64,000 bases of DNA from an uncultured delta proteobacterium (GCA_963785235.1 CAWAUM010000001.1:736001-800000), one strand, 5' to 3'; counted from the stretch's first letter, positions 1-10,812 are shown. Translations and numbers: made by a program. The notes: generated by a model from the letters alone, not told the origin.

Positions 1-137
1 TGAAAGCAGTTATATGCTAGGTGTCATGTGCATAAAGGATCATCTTAAGTGACAAGATCCTTTGATGATAAGGGTTAAAAAGTGAGGAAACAGCTACATT
101 AGGTCGTCTATCAAAAACTACAAAGGGAGGAAAAGGG

Positions 138-599
138 ATGAAAAGATTAATGGTGGCATTTATTCTCGTGAGTTTTTTCGTATTGCCCGCATCGGTCTGT
201 TTTGCTGTAAATCAGAAGAATACGGGTTGTGGTCTCGGTTCCATAGTGATGCAGGGTAACGATGGTCTGGTTTTCCAGGTCCTGGCTGCAACAACCAATG
301 GAACGTCCGGCAACCAGACCTTCGGCATGACCTCAGGCACTTCGAATTGTGAAAAGCCGAACCGTTTTGTAAGTATTGAGAGAATCAATACATACGTTGC
401 AGACAACATGGATAATCTGGCCAATGACATTGCCAAGGGAAATGGGGAATATCTCAATACCCTGGCAGTTCTTATGGATGTTCCCGAAAACTCAAGGGCC
501 GGTTTTTATTCAAAACTCCAGAACAATTTTTCCCGGATTTATCCATCAACAGATATCAGCAGCATTGATGTGGTCAAGAATATCGAAGCCCTGATATAG
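138..599 (+). CDS. DUF3015-family secreted protein
   Basis: Signal peptide, GCGLG motif, ATTNGTSGNQTFGMTSGTSNC segment typical of DUF3015; RBS GGGAGG upstream. Confidence 0.8.
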   Translation: MKRLMVAFILVSFFVLPASVCFAVNQKNTGCGLGSIVMQGNDGLVFQVLAATTNGTSGNQTFGMTSGTSNCEKPNRFVSIERINTYVADNMDNLANDIAKGNGEYLNTLAVLMDVPENSRAGFYSKLQNNFSRIYPSTDISSIDVVKNIEALI

Positions 600-608
600 T
601 ACTGTTAA

Positions 609-2541
609 GTGTATACAGGAACAGGAAGGAGATACACAGGGCATCAAGGTTGCATCTCCTTCCTGTTCCTTATACTCCTTTTATTATCTTTGTGTATTCC
701 TCAGGCTCATGCCCAGGATTCACCATATCTGTCCCAGATACTGGCTTCAGCACATCAGATGAAGCTCCATGAAGATCCCTACTGGCATATCCTTCTCCAT
801 TATAAACCAGGTGCATCCGGGTATGAGAGCCTCGTTGATGATCCGAATTTTTTCCTCGCCCCTGATGGTAAAACAAACCCTGAGGCCGAGCTCGATGCCA
901 CTATCCGCGCCTTTTTTGAACCGCAGGGAGATGAAGAGAAATCTGCAGTGTGCAGGTTTGTAGCCCGGTATGAGTGGATTAGGGAAAGGTTGAAAATCGA
1001 TCCCGAACAACTTCCCATGACCGAATGCCGGTCCTTTGAGAACTACATGGACAAGATGAAACCTGAGTCGGTCACCCTGATCTTTCCCTCAGCCCACCTG
1101 AATAGTCCGGCATCCATGTTCGGCCATACCCTTCTGACCATTGAAACGGCAAACAAAAGCAAACTCCTCGCCTATGCGGTCAATTATACGGCGGTTACGA
1201 ACGAGACCTTCGGTCCCTTGTTTGCAGTAAAGGGGTTGTTCGGATTATATCCGGGATATTTCTCTGTGCTGCCGTATTATACGAAGCTCCAGGAATACAG
1301 TGATGTCGATCACCGGGATATCTGGGAATATCCCCTCAATCTCACAGGGCCTGAAATCAGAAAGATGATGCTGCATATCCGTGAGATGGATGGCATTGCG
1401 TCAGATTATTACTTTTTTGACGAGAACTGTTCCTATGATCTATTATTTCTTCTGGAGGCGGCACGTCCGAGCGTAAAGCTCACCGATCAGGTTCATGCGT
1501 GGCTGATACCCCTTGATTCCATAAGAATGGTCGAGAGGGAGGGTTTCATTACAGGCGTTTTCTACAGACCCTCAAGAACGACAAAGATCAAATACCTTGC
1601 ATCTCATTTATCAGCGCAGGGACAGGACAGGGCGTTGGCACTGGCCAGCGGCGAACTTAAGGAGGATCCATTTACCGGCAAGGATATACCCGATCAGGAG
1701 AAGATCAAGACACTGGATCTTGCCAGTGAGTATCTGCAATATCTTTATACCAAGCGAGGGGTTCCCCAGGATATTTATCAGGCACGGTTGTTGAAGATCC
1801 TCAGTGAGCGAAGCCTGCTGGGCAGATCCGGAGATGATGCTTTGTTTCAAATCCCTTCACCCATGCAGCCTGATAAAGGACACGAATCCAACCGCTTTGC
1901 CATTGGCGCTGGAGTAAAAAGAGACGAAGTTTTATGGAAATCAGGATCAGGCCGGCGTACCACGATCTGATGGACTGCGATGAAGGCTATGTCGAAGGGG
2001 CACAGCTTAATATTTACCGAAGCAGCCTTCCGGTATTATCCGTCGGATAGAAAGGTCAGCCTGGAGAATTTAGATATCATTGATATTATTTCTCTCTCGC
2101 CAAGGGATAAGTTTTTTCATCCCATATCATGGAAGGTAAAGACAGGATTGACCCGTATGACCTTGAAAGATGATAAGGATCACCTGGTATATGAGGTCAA
2201 TCCGGGTGGCGGATTTGCTTATAAACATGACGCGATAGGTTTGATGTATGCTATGCTGGAAACAGACCTCAAGGTGAGTGGGGCATTAGAGAATAATTAT
2301 GCAGCAGGGATCGGAGGCTCAGCCGGTGTTATGAGAAAGCTGAGTAACTGCTGGAAAGCCCACCTTTTTGTGAAAGGCCTCTCTTATGGTCTGGGGGATC
2401 GATTCAATACCTTTGAAGCGAGTATGCAACAGAGTTTCACCATTAATGCGGACCAGGAGCATATCTGTGGATGTAAAACGATGTAAAACGAGAGAGTTCT
2501 ATCAGACTGAGGCAAAGGTCCTCTGGAACCTGTTCTTTTAA
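609..2541 (+). CDS. DUF4105 (Lnb N-terminal-like) domain protein with C-terminal beta-barrel-like region; split by about 3 single-base frameshifts (~1932, ~2010, ~2456)
   Basis: SPASMFGHTLL and YYFFDENCS motifs in ORF 609-1970; a shifted frame reads RPAYHDLMDCDEGYVEG, then ORF 1980-2486, and a final frame ends ...TEAKVLWNLFF* (TAA 2539-2541). Confidence 0.75.
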
Positions 2542-3364
2542 ATGGCCCATATGCTCAAGTCTGACAGGATAAAATCCGTCATCTTAGTCGGTTTACTGCT
2601 CTGTCGTAGCAGGGTGCGTATCTAATGTCCTCTATCAGCCCCAGAGGGTAGTAAGATATACCCCTCATGATGCACAATTGAACTATGAAGATGTCTCTTT
2701 CCAAACACAAGACGGCGTGAAGATATCAGGCTGGTGGGTTCCTGCGGAACAGGCGAGGGGTACCGTGCTGTTTTGTCATGGCAACGGCGGGAATGTCTCC
2801 AGTTGCCTGGACACTCTTCTGATCATGAACAACCTGAGACTGAATGCGCTTATTTTCGATTACCGGGGATATGGAAACAGTGAGGGTTCTCCAACTGAGA
2901 AGGGGACTTATGCGGATGCAGAGGCGGCCTGGAGTTACCTGGTGACAGAAAGGAAGGTTCCTCCGGACAGGATAATTATCTGGGGCAGGTCCCTCGGGGG
3001 TGCAATTGCCGCCAGGACTGCTGCAAAACATCGTGCCGGGATAGTCATTGTCGAATCCACGTTCACCTCACTGAAGGATCTCGTCCATGACCGCATGAGC
3101 TGGGTTCCTTCATGGATCCTTGCTAACTACTCCTATGATACCAGGCATTATCTTAAGGAGGTGAATGTCCCTGTGCTTGTCATCCACAGCCCTGATGATG
3201 AAATGATCCCTTTCCGGCATGGGAAGAATCTGTATGATTCAGTTCCAGGACCAAAGTCTTTCTCAGAGATCAAGGGTTCCCATAACCGAGGTTTTATCGA
3301 TTCGATAGCCGTGTATGAATCATCGATCAATGATTTTATCACTCGTTACTTGGAAAAGCAGTGA
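2542..3364 (+). CDS. Alpha/beta hydrolase lipoprotein (ABHD13/Bem46-like); N-terminal frameshift at ~2605
   Basis: HGNGGN, DYRGYG, GRSLGG nucleophile elbow, HSPDDEMIP, GSHN; removing one base joins ATG 2542/2551 to lipobox VAGC. Confidence 0.85.
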
Positions 3365-3380
3365 TCTCAAAGTGAGGTAG

Positions 3381-3939
3381 ATGATGAAGCGGATATCCAT
3401 GTTTACTGGTATTGATACTGGCCCTGGCCGCAAGATGTTCTTATGCCCTGGATCTTCCCGATGACGCCCTTCGATTACTCGCCGAGGCGTCAGCGGACCC
3501 CTGTTCTATCTGCGTAAAGCAGAAGTTGGAGAAGGCCTTTCTTGCCATGAATGTCAGGTTCAGCCCCGGCCTCGTGATAAACAGCGATGATAAGTGCCGG
3601 CTGGTAAAAGTAGATTCAGGGGATGACAACGAATTGTCGCTGACCTGTTATCCGCCGGACACGTTGAAGAAATCTCTCAAGGAAGGTGAAGAACTGCCGC
3701 AATTGATATTCAGATTCTATACGCCCGGAAAGCGGCTTGTGGGCATCTGTGAGAATGATTACACAAGCACGACCATGGCGGATTTATACCATGCATCGAA
3801 ACCCGGGACAGTTTTTGAAGGCCGGATTAAACTTATCCCTTACAAATACGGTGATGGTCCAACCTATAACTTTTTCCAGCAGACCAATAAACTGCTGATT
3901 CACTGTACAGTATTACAGCTGAAACCATTGGCACGATAA
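3381..3939 (+). CDS. Hypothetical secreted protein with CxxC (CSIC); probable N-terminal frameshift
   Basis: ORF 3412-3939; GAGG RBS and ATG at 3381 are one base out of frame. Confidence 0.55.
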
Positions 3940-4032
3940 GCCGTTAATCTTGGATGTAAAGCTGGTCATATCATTGATATCCCTGGAATACACCGATACC
4001 CTGTGGATAATGTATCACCTTCGAGAATGGTC

Positions 4033-5269
4033 TTACCCCCCGAAATGTTCTTTAACGATCCTGAACCCTGTATCCGCCACCTCAAGGGTCTTGTTGATAT
4101 CCTCCATCGTATGGGCAGCGGAGAGGAACCAGTTGTGGTGCGGGTTGAAGAAGACTCCGCGCTTGGCGCATTCCCCGCAGAAGAGCTGGGAACGAAGGAA
4201 GTTTGTTTCATTGGCGAACTTCATGAAGGGAATGGCCGGCGGACCGGTGATGGAAACCTTCAGGCCGTGAACCGAGGCCAGATCAGCGAGGCCTTTCAAG
4301 AGGGTCTCTCCCAGCTCCTTGACCACCTTGGTGATGTTTATCCTCTCCATCTCATCGAGGCATACCAGGGCGACCGCCATCTCAGGGGCATTCATCCAGA
4401 ACGAGCCGGTCATGTAGGCCTTGGATGCGGTTATCCTGAGCTTTTCGGCCCCCACGAGCATGGAGATGGCATATCCATTGGCCATGCCCTTGCTGAAGCA
4501 GGCCATGTCGGGTCTGAAGCCGAAGTAGTGGGCCGAGCCCTTGAGGTCGAGCCGCCATCCTGCCCTGACATCGTCGATGATGAGCACGATGTCGTTCTCA
4601 TCGCATAACTTTCTCATCTCGGGCCAGAAAGAGGGCTCAGGCATCCTCTGGTCGGCTAAGACAGGGTGGTGATACGGGGTGAGCATAACCCCTGCAATCT
4701 GGTCTTTATGGATGGCGATCACTTCTTTGAAGGCATTGAGGTCACCCCAGGGCACCATGACGATGTCAGCCCTGTCTGAAGGATTTATGCCCACTGTGTT
4801 GTTGCCTGACCAGGCCTGGGTGCCGTGATACCCTTCCTCAGCCAGGACGATCTTTGTCCGTTTCTTGTAGCCGCGGGCCAGCATGATTGCCATGGATGTC
4901 GCATCCGCACCGTTCTTGGCAAACATTACCCAGTCGGCTCCGTCAATGGTACGGGTTACCCGTTCTGCCAGGTCTACGGACAGATTGGTCGCTATGGAAC
5001 AGCAGGTACCGAGGCCTGCCTGCTTCCGATATGCATCATCGACCTTGTCATTGGCATAACCCAGGATCATGGGGCCGTAGCCGCACATGTAGTCGATGAT
5101 ATTCGTTGCCGTCCACATCCCAGAAGTGCGAACCCTTGGCCCTTTCCACAAAATACGGGTATGAGCCCGGCACCGTGATGACCGGGGTGAAATGGCCGTA
5201 GATGCCCTGGGGGATGACGCGAGCCGCGCGCGCAAACAGTTCATGTGATTTTTTGAATGAGTAGCTCAC
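4033..5269 (-). CDS. Class III PLP-dependent aminotransferase (HemL/GSA-aminomutase-like); frameshift at ~5100
   Basis: N-terminal ORF (AKGSHFWDVDGNEY) joins IDYMCGYGPMILG; FAKNGADAT, GYHG, IDDVRAGWR, FSKGMANG (PLP Lys). Confidence 0.85.
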
Positions 5270-6033
5270 TGCGCCACCTCCTTCGGGGGAAGATAAACAC
5301 CTACCTTGTCAAGAAAAACATTCACGATCTGGGCCATGTGGAGATCTCCCTTGAAGATGATATTCAAAAGACCTGCTTGGGCCAATACATCCACCTTATC
5401 TTGTGATACCTTCAGGAAAAGGTCATCAGTAGCGAATTCAAGCAGAAAGTCAGGTGACTGGGCTGTTCCTATCATGCCCTTCGGTTCGCTCCGAGTGAAA
5501 TCAACATGGACTGCATGGCCGTCTTTGATCCTGAACTCGGCCTTGCCGTGAAGCTTCCTGGCAAGAGGACTTAATTCAGGGTCTTCCCGGGAGATGATGG
5601 CCATGGTCCTGGCCAGTATGTCCAGGGTCAATCGTGCCCTGAGTTTCTCAGGTGCTGTGCCTCCATCAAGTATTTTTTCCATATGCTTGGCAAGGCGCGA
5701 GAACACCATCAGGCCCTTGAGCCGTGAAAGGCCTTTCAGTGGAATCGGGATGCTTAAGCCTTTGCCGGAGAAAAGTGCGTTCAGCATGGTGGCGGTAGGG
5801 AAGAAGAGATAGATGTCGGAAGGCCCCTGTGCTCCTGGCTCTACTTTCACCTTGGAATCCTTGAAAACAACATCACATCGAGGTCCTCTTAGGCCCACAG
5901 CAAACCGGATTCTTCCCGTCCACTGTCCCGCATAGGATGAAGCCACTTGATCTTCGATGGAAAGGGCCTCCATTGTGGGCAGTACGGCGCCGAGATAAAT
6001 CTTTGACAGAACCTTTTGATCGATCATAACCAC
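5266..6033 (-). CDS. Hypothetical protein with SCP2 (sterol carrier)-like repeats
   Basis: C-terminal PDFLLEFATDDLFLKV...IIFKGDLHMAQ resembles the SCP2 fold; stop overlaps the aminotransferase start (GTGA). Confidence 0.5.
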   Translation of the reverse strand: MVMIDQKVLSKIYLGAVLPTMEALSIEDQVASSYAGQWTGRIRFAVGLRGPRCDVVFKDSKVKVEPGAQGPSDIYLFFPTATMLNALFSGKGLSIPIPLKGLSRLKGLMVFSRLAKHMEKILDGGTAPEKLRARLTLDILARTMAIISREDPELSPLARKLHGKAEFRIKDGHAVHVDFTRSEPKGMIGTAQSPDFLLEFATDDLFLKVSQDKVDVLAQAGLLNIIFKGDLHMAQIVNVFLDKVGVYLPPKEVAQ

Positions 6034-6108
6034 CCCACAGATTCAAGGAATAATTATTACTTATGTATAAGAAGTGCCTGGATTAAATCAATCACTGATG
6101 CCGGCAGG

Positions 6109-7200
6109 TTATCTGAAATGGATTACAACGATGTCGTTGTCCCTCAGGATGAATTCCCTGCCCTCAATGAGTATGACGCCTGCATCGCGTGCACCATGGA
6201 GCCCGTTGTATTTCCGGAAGTCATCGAGCGATATGACATCCGCCTTGATGAAACCCTTCTGGATGTCGGTGTGGATGAGACCTGCAGCTTCAAATGCCGT
6301 GCCGCCTTTCTTAAGGGTCCAGGCCCGCAGCTCTTTGCCGACAGGTGTGTAGAAGGTTATGAGATCCAGAAGCTTATAGCACGTGCTGATGAGCGCCTCG
6401 GTGCCCGAGCGTTCTATGCCGATGGACTCCAGAAATTCCCTGCGCTCCGCTTCATCGAGCTCGGAGGCCTCGAGTTCGAACCTGGAGCAGATGGGAACCA
6501 CCATCTTGCCCTTCTTTTCTGCCCAGGCCTTCAGGTTATCCAGATGGACCGATCCCTTGGTGATGTCATCCTCGCCGACATTTGCCACGATAACATATGG
6601 TTTGGCCGTGAGGAGACCCAAGGCCTTCATCTCACCCTGATCAAAGGAGATGCCTGCATCAACTATACAGATACCCTTGGACAGTGTCTCCTGGATGGTT
6701 TCCAGAAGTTCCATCTCGCCCACCGCCATGTCTTTTTTGCCGAGCCTGAGGCCTTTTTTCAGGGTTTCAAGCCTGTTCTGGACAAGCTCCAGGTCCGCCA
6801 TTACCAGTTCCGTAAGGATTATCTCCAGGTCTGTACACGGATTTATGTCTGTATAGACATGGCTTACGTTTACATCCTGGAAGCACCTGACTACATGGAT
6901 AATGGCATCCACTCCCCTTATCTGGCCAAGGAACTGGTTTCCGAGACCCTCACCCTTAAAGGCCCCTTTGACGAGACCGGCTATGTCAAAAAGTTTTAAT
7001 GTGGTGGAAGTAATCTTCTCCGGCTTTATGATTTGGGCAATGGCCTTGAGGTTGTCATCGGGCACATTTACGACCCCGATGTTCGGGTCTATGGTGCAGA
7101 AGGGATAATTCTCAGCCGGGGCATTTGCCTTTGTGATGAGGTTAAACAGGGTGGATTTGCCCGCATTGGGCAGTCCCACTATGCCGCAGGTAAAGCTCAT
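6109..7200 (-). CDS. ychF: Redox-regulated ATPase YchF
   Basis: GIVGLPNAGKSTLFN, NYPFCTIDPN, DIAGLVKGA..GEGLGNQFL, TGS C-terminus. Confidence 0.97.
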   Translation of the reverse strand: MSFTCGIVGLPNAGKSTLFNLITKANAPAENYPFCTIDPNIGVVNVPDDNLKAIAQIIKPEKITSTTLKLFDIAGLVKGAFKGEGLGNQFLGQIRGVDAIIHVVRCFQDVNVSHVYTDINPCTDLEIILTELVMADLELVQNRLETLKKGLRLGKKDMAVGEMELLETIQETLSKGICIVDAGISFDQGEMKALGLLTAKPYVIVANVGEDDITKGSVHLDNLKAWAEKKGKMVVPICSRFELEASELDEAERREFLESIGIERSGTEALISTCYKLLDLITFYTPVGKELRAWTLKKGGTAFEAAGLIHTDIQKGFIKADVISLDDFRKYNGLHGARDAGVILIEGREFILRDNDIVVIHFR

Positions 7201-7209
7201 TGCGGAGCC

Positions 7210-7703
7210 TTAGAGCGCAGTGTAATCTATGCGGGCCAACAGGGCGCCGAGCAGATCACAGATGATGGATGCAATGAGCATGTCATCCTTGGTGAACCCC
7301 CCTGAGTCTTATCAGCCAGGTTTAAGATGCCGAGCATCTTTTCCTTCTGCCTGATAAGTATGCACATGAAGGATTTTGTGGTGTACTTTTCCTTGTTCTG
7401 CAGCCCGATCTCCTCTTCGATGTCCTTTATGATGAGGGAACTGTTGCGAGCCAGTGCAAGGTTCATGATGCTGTCCCTTTGGGTCCCCACAGAGATAAAG
7501 GGATCCTGCCCTATGTCGATATGATTATGGGCCTTGATCTCAAGGTCACCGGACGAGGGGTTCCGTGTGAAGAGAGAGCAGTATTTCGCATCCAGAACCT
7601 TTGGAAGATGATTCACCACCGTGTCGAATATTGTCGGCAGGTCCTCGGCTTCATTCAGATGTCTGGCCATTTCAAAGAGTGTCTCAAGGTAGGGTCTCTC
7701 CAT
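7210..7703 (-). CDS. Stand-alone GAF domain protein; frameshift in the poly-C at ~7300
   Basis: YTTKSFMCILI...GILNLADK; corrected frame continues GFTKDDMLIASIICDLLGALLARIDYTAL*. Confidence 0.75.
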
Positions 7704-7843
7704 AAAGCACCTCCAAATAATATTCTTCTTATCATATCGGTCCCAGGTGCGTCATGTGTGAATATTCATATAAATAAGTATCTTGACTTTGATAGGCAGC
7801 ATAGATGTATAATCATTAAGGGATAATAAAAGGAGACTATCTT

Positions 7844-8056
7844 TTGGAGATACTCGAGATCCTTGAAGAAAAGGTATATGAATTAGTTGAAAAGGTGAAT
7901 AGCCTGAAAAAAACCAATGAAGAATTGACTATCAAGCTCAGAGAAAAGGAGGAAGAAGCAAAAGGATTAAAGCGGGAGATGGACAATCTCTTGGGAGAGA
8001 AAGAACAGGTCAAACAGAAGGTGGCACACCTAATTAAGTGCGTGGAAGCATTGTAA
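7844..8056 (+). CDS. zapB: Cell division protein ZapB-like coiled coil
   Basis: 70-aa coiled coil directly upstream of zapA. Confidence 0.7.
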   Translation: MEILEILEEKVYELVEKVNSLKKTNEELTIKLREKEEEAKGLKREMDNLLGEKEQVKQKVAHLIKCVEAL

Positions 8057-8060
8057 GATT

Positions 8061-8342
8061 TTGTACAACACAGTAACCATACAGATACTCGGGCAGGAAT
8101 ATAAGGTAAAGGCCGGGGGGGATGCTGGCCACATTGCGTCATTGTCGAGATATATCAATGAGAAGGTATTTGATGTTCAACAAAGAGGCACTGCAGTGAC
8201 GACCACGGAACTGGTGGCAATGGTCATGTTACACATGGCCGATGATGTGGCAAAGACTCGTCAGGAACTGGAGATAGTGAAAAGTTCGGTGACAGAAAAG
8301 ATAGAACATCTGATAGAGCACATAGATAAGGTAACAATATGA
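8061..8342 (+). CDS. zapA: Cell division protein ZapA
   Basis: VTIQILGQEYKV N-terminus, LHMADD motif, conserved context. Confidence 0.85.
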   Translation: MYNTVTIQILGQEYKVKAGGDAGHIASLSRYINEKVFDVQQRGTAVTTTELVAMVMLHMADDVAKTRQELEIVKSSVTEKIEHLIEHIDKVTI

Positions 8343-8351
8343 AGAAGATAC

Positions 8352-8525
8352 GGTCTGCCCCTGGCCACAAGACTATAACATCCCGAGAAAGTATGAGTAT
8401 GGGACATCGCCATTAATCAACGTGGTAAAAGGTTTTCCGCTGAGAGGAAAACCTGAAGTGTAAGCGGTTTGCGGCGAGCGGAATAAGACCACCGTAGGTC
8501 CTATACAAACTTGTGTTGGCATCAC
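8352..8525 (+). ncRNA. ssrS: 6S RNA (boundaries approximate)
   Basis: Canonical zapA-[6S]-ygfA position; rod pairings CACAAG/CTTGTG, GTATGGGAC/GTCCTATAC, GTGGT/ACCAC, AGGTTTTCC/GGAAAACCT. Confidence 0.75.
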
Positions 8526-8589
8526 CTTAATAAGGTTTTATTGCAAAATCTTAACCTTCCACCCCTTCCCTCTTGAATAGGGGGGGAAT

Positions 8590-9135
8590 ATGCATGACAA
8601 GTCGCAATTGCGTAAAGCGATGCTTGCAAGACGTCAAGCGATTGCCGAGGATGAGCTGAAACGTCACGAACCGGCGATTATAAAGCACATCCTGGCATTG
8701 CCATGTTATGGCAATGCGTCATCCATGGCCCTGTATATGCCCATCCGGGGGGAGGTAAGCCTCCTTTCCCTGTGGCGACCTGAACAAAGAACGATCCTCT
8801 TCCCAAAGGTGTCAGGGGATAATCTGGCCTTTTCATCTGCCGCGTCAGTTAAAGAGTTTAGGCAGGGGGCTTATGGGATCCTCGAGCCCGTTTCGCACAG
8901 AAACATGGAACTAAGCGAAATCGATTTGATTTTTGTCCCCGGAGTAGCCTTTGACCGGTACGGCCACCGGCTTGGGTACGGGAAAGGCTACTACGACAGG
9001 CTGATTGACAAGTGTCCGGACATTACCTTCATAGGGATTTGTCTGGATGAGTTTTACCTTGAAAAATTGCCTGTGGACCCATGGGACGCTTTTGTCGATT
9101 TCGTGGTAACCCAAGCCGGAATATATAAAAGGTGA
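8590..9135 (+). CDS. ygfA: 5-formyltetrahydrofolate cyclo-ligase
   Basis: KSQLRKAM, GILEP, DLIFVPGVAFD..GHRLGYGKGYYDR. Confidence 0.95.
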   Translation: MHDKSQLRKAMLARRQAIAEDELKRHEPAIIKHILALPCYGNASSMALYMPIRGEVSLLSLWRPEQRTILFPKVSGDNLAFSSAASVKEFRQGAYGILEPVSHRNMELSEIDLIFVPGVAFDRYGHRLGYGKGYYDRLIDKCPDITFIGICLDEFYLEKLPVDPWDAFVDFVVTQAGIYKR

Positions 9136-9144
9136 GGTATAGCG

Positions 9145-10698
9145 ATGGAACAACTAGCGTATATAATCGTTGCACTGCTCATAGGCGCAGGTATCGGATT
9201 CGGTGTAAACTTTCTCATGAAAGGCAAGGCCATCAGTGATGCAAATGAAGAGGCATCACGCAAAATCGAAGATGCCCAGAAAAAGGCGGCAAACATAATT
9301 TCCGATGTGCAGCTTGAGGCAAAAGAGATTATTTTCGCGGCAAAGGCTCAGAGTGATGCCGAGTCCAAAGAACGTCTCAAAGAAGTATCCGCTATAGAAA
9401 AACGGATTCACCAGCGGGAAGAGTTGATTGACAACAAGCTTACCCAGTTCGATAAACGAGATCAGGAGATCAAAAAGAACGAACAATCCATAGCTGACAA
9501 GACAAGGAACCTTGAGGCCATAAAGGCTGAGGTGGAAAGTCTCAAGAACCAACAGGTACAAAAACTCGAGGAGATCAGCGGCATGGACTCCAAGCAGGCC
9601 AAGGAGGCGCTCATGCAGTCTCTGGAGAGTGAGGCCAGGCATGAGGCGGCAAAGCTCTTGAAGCAGATTCAGGATGAGGCCGAAGCGGAGGCGGACAAGC
9701 GGGCCAAGAGGATCCTGGCGACCGCCATACAGCGTTATTCCACCGATGTCGTGAGCGCACGGACCGTCTCGGTGGTGAACCTGCCGAGCGAGGAGATGAA
9801 AGGCCGTATCATAGGCCGCGAAGGGCGCAACATCCGCTCCATTGAGGCGGTAACAGGCGTTGACCTCATCATTGACGACACGCCCGATGCCGTTATCATC
9901 TCGAGTTTTGACCCGATCAAGCGTGAGATCGCACGGCTCTCCCTGGAGACCCTTGTCGTTGATGGAAGGATTCATCCCTCCCGCATCGAGGATGTGGTGG
10001 AGAAGGTAACCAAGGAGATGAATGACAATGTCTGGGAGGCCGGCCAGCAGGCTACCTTCGAGCTCGGACTGCATGGGATAAATCCGGAGCTCATCAAGCT
10101 TATAGGCAGGCTGAAATACCGGACAAGTTTTTCACAGAATGTATACCAGCACTCCCTCGAAGTAGCCCATTTATGTGGCATCATCGCTGCGGAGCTGGGC
10201 GTAAACCAGAAGAATGCCAAGCGCATTGGCCTGCTCCACGATATCGGCAAGGCAGTGGATCATGAGGTTGAAGGTTCGCATGCCATCATCGGGGCCGATA
10301 TCGCCAAACGTTATGGCGAGTCGGTCAAGGTAGTTGAAGCCATTGCCTCACACCACAACGAGTCCCCGGTCAATTCGGTCTATGGATTTCTGGTCCAGGC
10401 CGCTGATTCGCTTTCTGCCGCACGTCCCGGTGCGCGCCACGAGATGCTGGAAAATTATGTCAAGAGGCTTGTGGAGCTTGAGGGCATTGCGACCTCTTTC
10501 GATGGGGTTGCCAAGGCCTTTGCCGTCCAGGCAGGCCGGGAGGTTCGCATCATGGTGGATGTGGACAAGGTCAGCGACGATGGTGCTGATCGTCTTGCGC
10601 AGGACATCACCAAGGCCATTGAGGAGAAACTCACCTATCCCGGCCAGATCAGGGTGGTGGTGATCCGCGAGAGCAGGGCAATCAGGTTTGCAAAATAG
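9145..10698 (+). CDS. rny: Ribonuclease Y
   Basis: N-terminal TM, coiled coil, KH (MKGRIIGREGRNIR), HD domain (LLHDIGKA). Confidence 0.97.
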   Translation: MEQLAYIIVALLIGAGIGFGVNFLMKGKAISDANEEASRKIEDAQKKAANIISDVQLEAKEIIFAAKAQSDAESKERLKEVSAIEKRIHQREELIDNKLTQFDKRDQEIKKNEQSIADKTRNLEAIKAEVESLKNQQVQKLEEISGMDSKQAKEALMQSLESEARHEAAKLLKQIQDEAEAEADKRAKRILATAIQRYSTDVVSARTVSVVNLPSEEMKGRIIGREGRNIRSIEAVTGVDLIIDDTPDAVIISSFDPIKREIARLSLETLVVDGRIHPSRIEDVVEKVTKEMNDNVWEAGQQATFELGLHGINPELIKLIGRLKYRTSFSQNVYQHSLEVAHLCGIIAAELGVNQKNAKRIGLLHDIGKAVDHEVEGSHAIIGADIAKRYGESVKVVEAIASHHNESPVNSVYGFLVQAADSLSAARPGARHEMLENYVKRLVELEGIATSFDGVAKAFAVQAGREVRIMVDVDKVSDDGADRLAQDITKAIEEKLTYPGQIRVVVIRESRAIRFAK

Positions 10699-10708
10699 AT
10701 TATAATAA

Positions 10709-10788
10709 GGGTCAGGTCTTGCTTTTTGCCTACGATATCCGGATATGGATGTTTCAAGGGAAATAAGGCAAAAAGCAAGACCTGACCC
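10709..10788. repeat. Perfect 23-bp inverted repeat with 34-nt loop (REP-like)
   Basis: GGGTCAGGTCTTGCTTTTTGCCT (10709-10731) / AGGCAAAAAGCAAGACCTGACCC (10766-10788). Confidence 0.9.
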
Positions 10789-10812
10789 CTCTCAGAAAGA
10801 AAGGGGAGCATC

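Noticed and set aside
2471-2490. Tandem 10-mer ATGTAAAACG x2 as the cause of the DUF4105 frameshift
   Set aside because: The corrected frame reads through it (DVKRCKTRE); the shift is a single extra base near 2456
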